Part shown: positions 11,481 through 23,900 of the stretch, piece after piece
Layout: the number at the start of each line of letters is the position of its first letter
How positions within the stretch are numbered: the first letter of the stretch is position 1
From: Eledone cirrhosa
Lineage: Eukaryota
Assembly (NCBI GenBank): GCA_964016885.1
Contig: OZ024744.1
Span: 132,556,001 to 132,620,000, forward strand
Direction of reading: 5' to 3'
DNA length: 64,000 nt
Made by a program: the position numbers and the translations under genes
Notes under the pieces: model-generated
What the model was told of the DNA's origin: nothing
The model's database searches: none
What the model saw: the letters and a program-made list of their open reading frames with translations, nothing else

Positions 11481-11544
11481 ATCAATTTTTTTTAGGTTTT
11501 TCAAATCACCATAAGATAATTTGAAAAACCTAAAAAAAATTGAT
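11481..11544. other. Perfect 26-bp inverted repeat with 12-nt loop
   Basis: ATCAATTTTTTTTAGGTTTTTCAAAT (11481-11506), loop CACCATAAGATA, ATTTGAAAAACCTAAAAAAAATTGAT (11519-11544). Confidence 0.95.
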
Positions 11545-12245
11545 CTGATTTCAAATATTGATTTTTTTAGCTTTTTCGACAAAATCTTATATAATCAATT
11601 TTTTTTAGGTTTTTCGAAAAAGAATGAATTTGAGTTCATAGTCGAAATATATACTTCTGCATTAATCTTTTTACGTTTTTTTGAAAAAATTAATGCTTTT
11701 ACAAATCTTTTGAAATATTTACTTTCTAGTTTCAAATTTTGCAGATTAAATTTTTCTCGAAAAACCTAAAAAATCAGTTGTCGAAATCAGAAGTTATATC
11801 TCGTAAAACGCAATTTGAAAAACTCATATTAATTTTTTTTCGAAAACTTATTATATAATCAATTTTTTTATACTTTTAGAAATATTTATATCTGATTTCA
11901 AATGTTGATTTTTTTAGGTTTTTCGAAAACCCTATATAATCAATTTTTTTGTACTTTTAGAAATATCTATATCTGATTTCATGTATTGATTTTTTTATAT
12001 TTTTCGAAAAAGCTTAGATAATCAATTTTTTTAGGTCTTTCGAAAACCTTATATAATCAATTTTTTTTTAGGTTTTTCGAAAAAACCTTATATAATCAAT
12101 TTTTTTTAGGTTTTTTCGAAGTATCTTATATAATCAATTTTTTTACGTTTTTAGAAATATTTATATCTGATTTCAAATATTGATTTTTTTTAGATTTTTC
12201 GAAATACCTTATATAATCAATTTTTTTTAGGTTTTTCAAATTACC

Positions 12246-12420
12246 CCGACTTAACCCCGACTTAACTTAACCCCAACTTAACTTAACCCCAACTTAACTT
12301 AACCCCAACTTGACTTAACCCCAACATAACTCACACCCAACTTAACTTACCCCCAACTTAACTTAACCCCAACTTGACTTAACCCCAACTTAACTTAACC
12401 CCAACTTAACTTAACGCCAA
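12246..12420 (-). repeat. Inverted satellite-A cassette, class delta (truncated, abuts B island)
   Basis: Begins at CAAATTACC|CCGACTTAACCCCGAC; ends TTAACGCCAA|AGTCGGAGTT. Confidence 0.96.
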
Positions 12421-14445
12421 AGTCGGAGTTAAGTTAAGTTGGGGTTAAGCTAAGTTGGGGGTAAGTTAAGTTGGGGGTAAGTTAAATTGGGGTTAAGTTA
12501 AGTTGGGGTTGAGTGAAGTTGGGGTTAAGTTAAGTTGGGGTTAAGTTAAGTTAGGGTTAATTTAAGTTGGGGTTAAGTTAAGTTGGGGTTAACTTAAGTT
12601 GGGGTTAAGTTAAGTTGGGGTTAATTTAGGTTGGGGTTAAGTTAAGTTGGGGTTAAGATAAGTTGGGGTTAAGTTAAATTGAGATTAAGTTAACTTGGGT
12701 TTGAGTTAAGTTGGGGATAAGTCAAGTGGTGGTTATGTTAAGTTGGGGTTAAGTTAAGTTGGGGTTAAATTAAGTTGGGGTTAAGTTAAGTTGGGTGTGA
12801 GCTAAGTTGGGGTTGAGTGAAGTTGGGGTTAAGTTAAGTTGGGGTTAAGTAGAGTTGGGGTTAAGTTAAGTTGGGGTTAAGTTAAGTTGGTGTTAAGTTG
12901 GGGTTAAGTTAAGTTGGGGTTAAGTTAAGTTGGGGTTGAGTGAAGTTGGGGTTAAGTTAAGTTGGGGTTAAATTAAGTTGGGGTTAACTTAAGTTGGGTT
13001 TAAGTTAAGTTGCGGTTAAGTTAAGTTGGGGTTAAGTTAAGTTGGGGTTAAGTTAAGTCGGGGTTAAGTTAAGTTGGGGTTGAGTTAAGTTGGGGTTATT
13101 TTAAGTTGAGGTTATGTTAAGTTGGGGTTAATTTAAGTTGGGGTTAAGTTAAGTTGGGGTCAATTTAAGTTGGGGTTAAGTTCAGTTGGGGTTAATTTAA
13201 GTTGGGGTTAAGTTAAGTTGGGTTTAAGTTAAGTTGGGTTTAAGTTAAGTTGGGGTTAAGTTAAGTTGGGTTTAAGTTAAGTTGGGGCTAAGTTAAGTTG
13301 GGTCTAATTTGAGTTGGGGTTAAGTTAAGTTGGGGTTAAGTTAAGTTGAGGTTAAATTAAGTTGGGGTTAATTAAGTTGGGGTTAAGTTAAGTTGGGGTT
13401 AAGTTAAGTTGAGGTTAAGTTAACTTGGGGTTAAGTTAAGTTGGGGTTAAGTTAAGTTGGGGTTGAGTTAAGTTGGGGTTGAGTTAAGTTGGGGTTAAGT
13501 TAAGTTGGGGTTAAGTTAAGTTGGGGTTAAGTTAAGTTGGGGTTAATTTAAGTTCGGGTTAAGTTAAGTTCGGGGTAAGCTAAGTTGGGGTTCAGTTAAA
13601 TCGGGTCTAAGTTAAGTGGGAGGTTAAGTTAAGTTGGGGTTGAGTTAAGTTGTGGTTAAGTTAACTTGGGGTTAAGTTAAGTTAAGTTTGAGTTAAGTTG
13701 GGGTTAAGTTGGGGTTAAGTTAAGTTGGGGTTAAGTTACGTTGGGGTTAAGTTAAGTTGGGGTTAAGTTGAGGTTAAGTTAAGTTGTGGTTAAGTTAAGT
13801 TGGGGCTAAGTTAAGTTGGGGCTAAGTTAATTTGGGGTTAAGTTAAGTTGGGGTTAATTTAAGTTGGGGTTAGGTTAAGTTGGGGATAAGTTAAGTTGGG
13901 GATAAGTTAAGTTGGGGTTAAGTTAAGTTGGGTTTAAGTTAAGCTGGGGTTAAGTTAAGTTGGGGTTAAATTAAGTTGGGGTTAAGTTAAGTTTGGGTTA
14001 GGTTAAGTTGGGGATAAGTTAAGTTGGGGATAAGTTAAGTTGGGGTTAAGTTAAGTTTGGTTTAAGTTAAGTTGGGGTTAAGTTAAGTTGGGGTTAAGTT
14101 AAGTTGGGGTTAAGTTAAGTTGCGGTTAGTTAAGTTGAGTTTAAGTTAAGTTGGGGTTAATTTAAGTTGGGGTTAAGTTAAGTTGGGGTTCAGTTCAGTT
14201 GGGGTTAAGTCAAGTTGGGGTTAAGTTAAGTTGGGGTTAAGTTAAGTTGGGGTTAGGTTAAGTTGGGGATAATTTAAGTTGGGGATAAGCTAAGTTGGGG
14301 TTAAGTTAAGTTGGGTTTAAGTTAAGTTGGGGTTAAGTTAAGTTGGGGTTAAATTAAGTTGGGGTTAAGTTAAGCTGGGGTTAAATTAAGTTGGGGTTAT
14401 GTTAAGTTGGGGTTAAGTTAAGTTGGGGTTAGTTTAAGTGGGGTT

Positions 14446-14790
14446 AACCCCAACTTAACTTAACCCCAACTTAACTTAACCCCAACTTCACTCAACCCCA
14501 ACTTAAATTAACCCCAACTTCACTCAACCCCAACTTAACTCAACCCCAACTTAAATTAACCCCAACTTAACTTAACCCTGACTTAACTTAACCCCGACTT
14601 AACTTAACCCCGACTTAACTTAACCCCAACTTAACTTAAACCCCAACTTAACTTAACCCCAACTTAACTTAACCCCAACTTGACTTAACCCCAACTTAAC
14701 TCACACCCAACTTAACTTACCCCTAACTTAACTTAACCACAACTTGACGTAAACCCAACTTAACTTAACCCCAACTTAACTTAACCCCAA
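14446..14790 (-). repeat. Inverted satellite-A cassette, class beta
   Basis: GGGGTT|AACCCC start; diagnostic CCCTGAC and GACGTAAACCC; ends CCCCAA|AGTCGGAGTTCAG. Confidence 0.96.
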
Positions 14791-15449
14791 AGTCGGAGTT
14801 CAGTTAAGTTGGGGTTCAGTTAAGTTAGGCTTAACTTAAGTTGGGGTTGAGTTAAGTTGGGGGTAAGTTAAGTTGGGGGTAAGTTAAGTTGGGGTTAAGT
14901 TAAGTTGGGGTTAAGTTGGGGTTAAGTTAAGTTAGGGTTAAGTTAAGTTGGGGTTGACTTAAGTTGGGGTTAAGTTAAGTGGTGGTTATGTTAAGTTGGG
15001 GTTAAGTTAAGTTGGGGTTAAATTAAGTGGGGTTAACTTAAGTTGGGTGTAAGTTAAGTTGGGGTTGAGTGAAGTTGGGGTTAAGTTAAGTTGGGGTTAA
15101 GTTAAGTTAGGGTTAATTTAAGTTGGGGTTATGATAAGTTGGTGTTAAGTTAAGTTGGGGTTAAGTCGAGTTGGGGTTAAGTTAAGTTGGGGTTAAGTTA
15201 AATTGGTGTTAAGTTAAGTTGGGGTTAAGTTAAGTTGGGGTTAGTTAAGTTGAGTTTAAGTTAAGTTGGGGTTAATTTAAGTTGGGGTTAAGTTAAGTTG
15301 GGGTTCAGTTAAGTTGGGGTTAAGTTAAGTTGGGGTTGAGTTAAGTTGTGGTTAAGTTAAGTTGGGGTTAGGTTAAGTTGGGGTTAAGTTAAGCTGGGGT
15401 TAAATTAAGTTGGGGTTAAGTTAAGTTGGGGTTAGGTTAAGTTGGGGTT

Positions 15450-15714
15450 AACCCCAACTTCACTCAACCCCAACTTAACTTAACCCCAACTTCACTCAAC
15501 CCCAACTTAACTCAACCCCAACTTAACTTAACCCCAACTTAACTTAACCCTAACTTAACTTAACCCCGACTTAAACTTAACCCCGACTTAACTTAACCCC
15601 AACTTAACTTAACCCCAACTTAACTTAACCCCAACTTAACTTAATCCCAACTTGACTTAACCCCAACTTAACTCACACCCAACTTAACTTACCCCCAACT
15701 TAACTTAACCCCAA
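15450..15714 (-). repeat. Inverted satellite-A cassette, class gamma
   Basis: GGGGTT|AACCCCAACTTCACTC start; diagnostic CGACTTAAACTT; ends CCCCAA|AGTCGGAGTTAAG. Confidence 0.96.
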
Positions 15715-18700
15715 AGTCGGAGTTAAGTTAAGTTGGGGTTAAGTTAAGTTAGGCTTAACTTAAGTTGGGGTTAAGTTAAGTTGGGGGTAAGTTAAGTTGG
15801 GGGTAAGTTAAGTTGGGGTTAAGTTAAGTTGGGGTTAAGATAAGTGGTGGTTATGTTAAGTTGAGGTTAAGTTAAGTTAGGGTTAAATTAAGTTGGGGTT
15901 AAGTTAAGTTGGGTGTAAGTTAAGTTGGGGTTGAGTGAAGTTGGGGTTAAGTTAAGTTGGGGTTAAGTAGAGTTGGGGTTAAGTTAAGTTGGGGTTAAGT
16001 TAAGTTGGTGTTAAGTTGGGGTTAAGTTAAGTTGGGGTTAAGTTGGGGTTAAGTTAAGTGGTGGTTATGTTAAGTTGGGGTTAACTTAAGTTGGGGTTAA
16101 TTTAAATTGGGGTTAAGTTAACTTTGTGGTTAAGTTAAGTTGGGGTTAAGTTAAGTTGGGGTTAAATTAAGTTGGGGTTGAGTGAAGTTGGGGTTAAGTT
16201 AAGTTGGGGTTAAGTTAAGTTGGGGTTAACTTAAGTTGGGTTTAAGTTAAGTTGCGGTTAAGTTAAGTTGGGGTTAAGTTAAGTTGGGGTTAAGTTAAGT
16301 CGGGGTTAATTTAAGTTGGGGTTGAGTTAAGTTGGGGTTAATTTAAGTTGAGGTTATGTTAAGTTGGGGTTAATTTAAGTTGGGGTTAAGTTAAGTTGGG
16401 GTTAAGTTAAGTTGGGGTTAATTTAAGTTGGGATTAAGTTCAGTTGGGGTTAAATTAAGTTGGGGTTAAGTTAAGCTGGGGTTAAATTAAGTTGGGGTTA
16501 AGTTAAGTTGGGGTTAAGTTAAGTTGGGGTTAAGTTAAGTTAGGGTTAATTTAAGTTGGGGTTATGTTAAGTTGGGGTTAAGTTAAGTTGGGGTTAAGTC
16601 GAGTTGGGGTTAAGTTAAGTTGGGGTTAGTTAAGTTGAGTTTAAGTTAAGTTGGGGTTAATTTAAGTTGGGGTTAAGTTAAGTTGGGGTTCAGTTAAGTT
16701 GGGGTTAAGTTAAGTTGGGGTTAAGTTAAGTTGGTTTAAGTTAAGTTGGGGTTAGGTTAAGTTGGGGATAAGTTAAGTTGGGGATAAGCTAAGTTGGGGT
16801 TAAGTTAAGTTGGGTTTAAGTTAAGTTGGGGTTAAGTTAAGTTAGGCTTAACTTAAGTTGGGGTTAAGTTAAGTTGGGGGTAAATTAAGTTGGGGGTAAG
16901 TTAAGTTGGGGTTAAGTTAAGTTGGGGTTAAGTTAAGTGGTGGTTATGTTAAGTTGGGGTTAAGTTAAGTTGGGGTTAAATTAAGTTGGGGTTAAGTTAT
17001 GTTGGGTGTAAGTTAAGTTGGGGTTGAGTGAAGTTGGGGTTAAGTTAAGTTGGGGTTAAGTTAAGTTAGGGTTAATTTAAGTTGGGGTTATGTTAAGTTG
17101 GGGTTAAGTTAAGTTGGGGTTAAGTAGAGTTGTAGTTAAGTTAAGTTGGGGTTAAGTTAAGTTGGTGTTAAGTTGGGGTTAAGTTAAGTTGGGGTTAAGT
17201 TAAGTCGGGGTTAAGTTAAGTTGGGGTTGAGTTAAGTTGGGGTTAATTTAAGTTGAGGTTATGTTAAGTTGGGGTTAATTTAAGTTGGGGTTAATTTAAG
17301 TTGGGGTTAAGTTAAGTTGGGGTTAAGTTGAGGTTAAGTTAAGTTGTGGTTAAGTTAAGTTGGGGCTAAGTTAAGTTGGGGCTAAGTTAAGTTGGGGCTA
17401 AGTTAAGTTGGGGTTAAGTTAAGTTGGGGTTAAGTTAAGTTGGGTTTAATTTAATTTGGGGTCAACTTAAGTTGGGGTTAAGTTGAGTTGGGGTTAAATT
17501 AAGTTGGGGTTAATTTAAGTTGGGGCTAAGTTAAGTTGGGGCTGAGTTAAGTTGGGGTTAAGTTAAGTTGGGGTTAAGTTAAGTTGGGGTTAAGTTAATT
17601 TTGGGTTAAGTTAAGTTGTGGTTCAGTTAAGTTGGGGTTAAGTTAAGTTTGGGTTAATTTGGGGTTAAATTAAGTTGGGGTTAAGTTAAGTTGGGGTTAA
17701 GTTAAGTTGGGGTTAAGTTAAGTTGGGGTTAATTTAAGTTGGGGTTAAGTTAAGTCGGGGTTAAGTTAAGTCGGTGTTAAGTTAAGTTAGGGTTAAGTTA
17801 AGTTGGGGTTAAGTTAAGTTGGCTTTAAGTTAAGCTGGGGTTAAGTTAAGTTGGGGTTAAATTAAGTTGGGGTTAAGTTAAGTTGGGGTTAGGTTAAGTT
17901 TGGGTTAGGTTAAGTTGGGGTTAAATTAAGTTGGGGTTAAGTTAAGTTGGGGTTAAGTTAAGTTGGGGTTAGGTTAAGTTGGGGATAAGTTAAGTTGGGG
18001 ATAATTTAAGTTGGGGTTAAGTTAAGTTGGGTTTAAGTTAAGCTGGGGTTAAGTTAAGTTGGGGTTAAATTAAGTTGGGGTTAAGTTAAGTTGGGGTTAA
18101 GTTAAGTTTGGGTTAGGTTAAGTTGGGGATTAGTTAAGTTGGGGATAAGTTAAGTTGGGGTTAAGTTAAGTTGGGTTTAAGTTAAGTTGTGGTTAAGTTA
18201 AGTTGGGGTTAAGTTAAGTTGGGGCTTAAGTTAAGTTGGGGTTAGGTTAAGTTGGGGATAAGTTAAGTTGGGGATAATTTAAGTTGGGGTTAAGTTAAGT
18301 TGGGTTTAAGTTAAGCTGGGGTTAAGTTAAGTTGGGGTTAAATTAAGTTGGGGTTAAGTTAAGTTGGGGTTAAGTTAAGTTTGGGTTAGGTTAAGTTGGG
18401 GATTAGTTAAGTTGGGGATAAGTTAAGTTGGGGTTAAGTTAAGTTGGGTTTAAGTTAAGTTGTGGTTAAGTTAAGCTGGGGTTAAGTTAAGTTGGGGTTA
18501 AATTAAGTTGGGGTTAATTTAAGTTGGGGTTAAGTTAAGTTGGGGTTCAGTTAAGTTGGGGATAAGTCAAGTTGGGGTTAAGTTAAGTTGGGGTTAAGTT
18601 AAGTTGGGGTTAGGTTAAGTTGGGGATAAGTTAAGTTGGGGATAAGCTAAGTTGGGGTTAAGTTAAGTTGGGTTTAAGTTAAGTTGGGGTTAAGTTAAGT

Positions 18701-18787
18701 TGGGGTTAAATTAAGTTGGAGATAAGTTAAGCTGGGGTTAAATTAAGTTGGGGTTAAGTTAAGTTGGGGTTAGGTTAAGTTGGGGTT

Positions 18788-19083
18788 AACCCCAACTTAA
18801 CTTAACCCCAACTTAACTTAGCCCCAACTTCACTCAACCCCAACTTAACTTAACCCCAACTTCACTCAACCCCAACTTAACTCAACCCCAACTTAAGTTA
18901 ACCCCAACTTAACTTAACCCTAACTTAACTTAACCCCGACTTAACTTAACCCCGACTTAACTTAACCCCAACTTAACTTAACCCCAACTTAACTTAACCC
19001 CAACTTAACTTAATCCCAACTTGACTTAACCCCAACTTAACGCACACCCAACTTAACTTACCCCCAACTTAACTTAACCCCAA
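18788..19083 (-). repeat. Inverted cassette, class alpha
   Basis: Same junctions and variants as 848-1143 (offset 17940). Confidence 0.96.
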
Positions 19084-20702
19084 AATCGGAGTTACGTTAA
19101 GTTGGGGTTAAGTTAAGTTAGGCTTAACTTAAGTTGGGCTTAAGTTAAGTTGGGGGTAAGTTAAGTTGGGGGTAAGTTAAGTTGGGGTTAATTTAAGTTG
19201 GGGTTAAGTTAAGTGGTGGTTATGTTAAGTTGGGGTTAAGTTAAGTTGGGGTTAAATTAAGTTGGGGTTAAGTTAAGTTGGGTGTAAGTTAAGTTGGGGT
19301 TGAGTGAAGTTGGGGTTAAGTTAAGTTGGGGTTAAGTAGAGTTGGGGTTAAGTTAAGTTGGGGTTAAGTTAAGTTGGTGTTAAGTCGGGGTTAAGTTAAG
19401 TTGGGGTTGAGTTAAGTTGGGGTTATTTTAAGTTGAGGTTATGTTAAGTTGGGGTTAATTTAAGTTGGGGTTAAGTTAAGTTGGGGTCAATTTAAGTTGG
19501 GGTTAAGTTCAGTTGGGGTTAATTTAAGTTGGGGTTAAGTTAAGTTGGGTTTAAGTTAAGTTGGGGTTAAGTTAAGTTGGGGTTGAGTTAAGTTGGGTTT
19601 AAGTTAAGTTGGGGCTAAGTTAAGTTGGGTCTAATTTGAGTTGGGGTTAAGTTAAGTTGGGGTTAAGTTAAGTTGAGGTTAAATTAAGTTGGGGTTAATT
19701 AAGTTGGGGTTAAGTTAAGTTGGGGTTAAGTTAAGTTGAGGTTAAGTTAACTTGGGGTTAAGTTAAGTTGGGGTTAAGTTAAGTTGGGGTTGAGTTAAGT
19801 TGGGGTTGAGTTAAGTTGGGGTTAAGTTAAGTTGGGGTTAAGTTAAGTTGGGGTTAAGTTAAGTTGGGGTTAATTTAAGTTAAGTTTGAGTTAAGTTGGG
19901 GTTAAGTTGGGGTTAAGTTAAGTTGGGGTTAAGTTACGTTGGGGTTAAGTTAAGTTGGGGTTAAGTTGAGGTTAAGTTAAGTTGTGGTTAAGTTAAGTTG
20001 GGGCTAAGTTAAGTTGGGGCTAAGTTAATTTGGGGTTAAGTTAAGTTGGGGTTAATTTAAGTTGGGGTTAGGTTAAGTTGGGGATAAGTTAAGTTGGGGA
20101 TAAGTTAAGTTGGGGTTAAGTTAAGTTGGGTTTAAGTTAAGCTGGGGTTAAGTTAAGTTGGGGTTAAGTTGGGGTTAAGTTAAGTTAGGGTTAAGTTAAG
20201 TTGGGGTTGACTTAAGTTGGGGTTAAGTTAAGTGGTGGTTATGTTAAGTTGGGGTTAAGTTAAGTTGGGGTTAAATTAAGTGGGGTTAACTTAAGTTGGG
20301 TGTAAGTTAAGTTGGGGTTGAGTGAAGTTGGGGTTAAGTTAAGTTGGGGTTAAGTTAAGTTAGGGTTAATTTAAGTTGGGGTTATGATAAGTTGGTGTTA
20401 AGTTAAGTTGGGGTTAAGTCGAGTTGGGGTTAAGTTAAGTTGGGGTTAAGTTAAATTGGTGTTAAGTTAAGTTGGGGTTAAGTTAAGTTGGGGTTAGTTA
20501 AGTTGAGTTTAAGTTAAGTTGGGGTTAATTTAAGTTGGGGTTAAGTTAAGTTGGGGTTCAGTTAAGTTGGGGTTAAGTTAAGTTGGGGTTGAGTTAAGTT
20601 GTGGTTAAGTTAAGTTGGGGTTAGGTTAAGTTGGGGTTAAGTTAAGCTGGGGTTAAATTAAGTTGGGGTTAAGTTAAGTTGGGGTTAGGTTAAGTTGGGG
20701 TT

Positions 20703-20967
20703 AACCCCAACTTCACTCAACCCCAACTTAACTTAACCCCAACTTCACTCAACCCCAACTTAACTCAACCCCAACTTAACTTAACCCCAACTTAACTTAA
20801 CCCTAACTTAACTTAACCCCGACTTAAACTTAACCCCGACTTAACTTAACCCCAACTTAACTTAACCCCAACTTAACTTAACCCCAACTTAACTTAATCC
20901 CAACTTGACTTAACCCCAACTTAACTCACACCCAACTTAACTTACCCCCAACTTAACTTAACCCCAA
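20703..20967 (-). repeat. Inverted cassette, class gamma
   Basis: Matches 15450-15714 (offset 5253). Confidence 0.96.
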
Positions 20968-23900
20968 AGTCGGAGTTAAGTTAAGTTGGGGTTAAGTTAA
21001 GTTAGGCTTAACTTAAGTTGGGGTTAAGTTAAGTTGGGGGTAAGTTAAGTTGGGGGTAAGTTAAGTTGGGGTTAAGTTAAGTTGGGGTTAAGATAAGTGG
21101 TGGTTATGTTAAGTTGAGGTTAAGTTAAGTTAGGGTTAAATTAAGTTGGGGTTAAGTTAAGTTGGGTGTAAGTTAAGTTGGGGTTGAGTGAAGTTGGGGT
21201 TAAGTTAAGTTGGGGTTAAGTAGAGTTGGGGTTAAGTTAAGTTGGGGTTAAGTTAAGTTGGTGTTAAGTTGGGGTTAAGTTAAGTTGGGGTTAAGTTGGG
21301 GTTAAGTTAAGTGGTGGTTATGTTAAGTTGGGGTTAACTTAAGTTGGGGTTAATTTAAATTGGGGTTAAGTTAACTTTGTGGTTAAGTTAAGTTGGGGTT
21401 AAGTTAAGTTGGGGTTAAATTAAGTTGGGGTTGAGTGAAGTTGGGGTTAAGTTAAGTTGGGGTTAAGTTAAGTTGGGGTTAACTTAAGTTGGGTTTAAGT
21501 TAAGTTGCGGTTAAGTTAAGTTGGGGTTAAGTTAAGTTGGGGTTAAGTTAAGTCGGGGTTAATTTAAGTTGGGGTTGAGTTAAGTTGGGGTTAATTTAAG
21601 TTGAGGTTATGTTAAGTTGGGGTTAATTTAAGTTGGGGTTAAGTTAAGTTGGGGTTAAGTTAAGTTGGGGTTAATTTAAGTTGGGATTAAGTTCAGTTGG
21701 GGTTAAATTAAGTTGGGGTTAAGTTAAGCTGGGGTTAAATTAAGTTGGGGTTAAGTTAAGTTGGGGTTAAGTTAAGTTGGGGTTAAGTTAAGTTAGGGTT
21801 AATTTAAGTTGGGGTTATGTTAAGTTGGGGTTAAGTTAAGTTGGGGTTAAGTCGAGTTGGGGTTAAGTTAAGTTGGGGTTAGTTAAGTTGAGTTTAAGTT
21901 AAGTTGGGGTTAATTTAAGTTGGGGTTAAGTTAAGTTGGGGTTCAGTTAAGTTGGGGTTAAGTTAAGTTGGGGTTAAGTTAAGTTGGTTTAAGTTAAGTT
22001 GGGGTTAGGTTAAGTTGGGGATAAGTTAAGTTGGGGATAAGCTAAGTTGGGGTTAAGTTAAGTTGGGTTTAAGTTAAGTTGGGGTTAAGTTAAGTTAGGC
22101 TTAACTTAAGTTGGGGTTAAGTTAAGTTGGGGGTAAATTAAGTTGGGGGTAAGTTAAGTTGGGGTTAAGTTAAGTTGGGGTTAAGTTAAGTGGTGGTTAT
22201 GTTAAGTTGGGGTTAAGTTAAGTTGGGGTTAAATTAAGTTGGGGTTAAGTTATGTTGGGTGTAAGTTAAGTTGGGGTTGAGTGAAGTTGGGGTTAAGTTA
22301 ACTTGGGGTTAAGTTAAGTTAGGGTTAATTTAAGTTGGGGTTATGTTAAGTTGGGGTTAAGTTAAGTTGGGGTTAAGTAGAGTTGTGGTTAAGTTAAGTT
22401 GGGGTTAAGTTAAGTTGGTGTTAAGTTGGGGTTAAGTTAAGTTGGGGTTAAGTTAAGTCGGGGTTAAGTTAAGTTGGGGTTGAGTTAAGTTGGGGTTAAT
22501 TTAAGTTGAGGTTATGTTAAGTTGGGGTTAATTTAAGTTGGGGTTAATTTAAGTTGGGGTTAAGTTAAGTTGGGGTTAAGTTGAGGTTAAGTTAAGTTGT
22601 GGTTAAGTTAAGTTGGGGCTAAGTTAAGTTGGGGCTAAGTTAAGTTGGGGCTAAGTTAAGTTGGGGTTAAGTTAAGTTGGGGTTAAGTTAAGTTGGGTTT
22701 AATTTAATTTGGGGTCAACTTAAGTTGGGGTTAAGTTGAGTTGGGGTTAAATTAAGTTGGGGTTAATTTAAGTTGGGGCTAAGTTAAGTTGGGGCTGAGT
22801 TAAGTTGGGGTTAAGTTAAGTTGGGGTTAAGTTAAGTTGGGGTTAAGTTAATTTTGGGTTAAGTTAAGTTGTGGTTCAGTTAAGTTGGGGTTAAGTTAAG
22901 TTTGGGTTAATTTGGGGTTAAATTAAGTTGGGGTTAAGTTAAGTTGGGGTTAAGTTAAGTTGGGGTTAAGTTAAGTTGGGGTTAATTTAAGTTGGGGTTA
23001 AGTTAAGTCGGGGTTAAGTTAAGTCGGTGTTAAGTTAAGTTAGGGTTAAGTTAAGTTGGGGTTAAGTTAAGTTGGCTTTAAGTTAAGCTGGGGTTAAGTT
23101 AAGTTGGGGTTAAATTAAGTTGGGGTTAAGTTAAGTTGGGGTTAGGTTAAGTTTGGGTTAGGTTAAGTTGGGGTTAAATTAAGTTGGGGTTAAGTTAAGT
23201 TGGGGTTAAGTTAAGTTGGGGTTAGGTTAAGTTGGGGATAAGTTAAGTTGGGGATAATTTAAGTTGGGGTTAAGTTAAGTTGGGTTTAAGTTAAGCTGGG
23301 GTTAAGTTAAGTTGGGGTTAAATTAAGTTGGGGTTAAGTTAAGTTGGGGTTAAGTTAAGTTTGGGTTAGGTTAAGTTGGGGATTAGTTAAGTTGGGGATA
23401 AGTTAAGTTGGGGTTAAGTTAAGTTGGGTTTAAGTTAAGTTGTGGTTAAGTTAAGTTGGGGTTAAGTTAAGTTGGGGCTTAAGTTAAGTTGGGGTTAGGT
23501 TAAGTTGGGGATAAGTTAAGTTGGGGATAATTTAAGTTGGGGTTAAGTTAAGTTGGGTTTAAGTTAAGCTGGGGTTAAGTTAAGTTGGGGTTAAATTAAG
23601 TTGGGGTTAAGTTAAGTTGGGGTTAAGTTAAGTTTGGGTTAGTTTAAGTTGGGGATTAGTTAAGTTGGGGATAAGTTAAGTTGGGGTTAAGTTAAGTTGG
23701 GTTTAAGTTAAGTTGTGGTTAAGTTAAGCTGGGGTTAAGTTAAGTTGGGGTTAAATTAAGTTGGGGTTAATTTAAGTTGGGGTTAAGTTAAGTTGGGGTT
23801 CAGTTAAGTTGGGGATAAGTCAAGTTGGGGTTAAGTTAAGTTGGGGTTAAGTTAAGTTGGGGTTAGGTTAAGTTGGGGATAAGTTAAGTTGGGGATAAGC

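Larger units (their letters stand above)
6267..12245. repeat. Satellite B island 1: AT-rich ~37-bp palindromic subunits in 7 higher-order units
   Basis: Subunit AGGTTTTTCGAAAAACCT-TATATAATCAA-T7/8 and companion subunit TTTTAGAAATATTTATATCTGATTTCAAATATTGATTTT; core marker GAATGAATTTGAGTTCATAGTCG at 6946, 7530, 8259, 9180, 9994, 10754, 11622. Confidence 0.98.

Noticed and set aside
11521-11769. 82-aa ORF MKNLKKIDL... from the ORF track
   Set aside because: It starts at a TTG created by the fold-back arm, lies wholly in satellite B, has F/K/N/I/L-biased composition reflecting A/T tracts, has no recognisable domain, and is open only because of local indel variants.
6267-12245. CRISPR array (37-bp palindromic repeats)
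   Set aside because: Repeats are directly tandem or separated by repeated sequence; there are no unique spacers and no cas genes.
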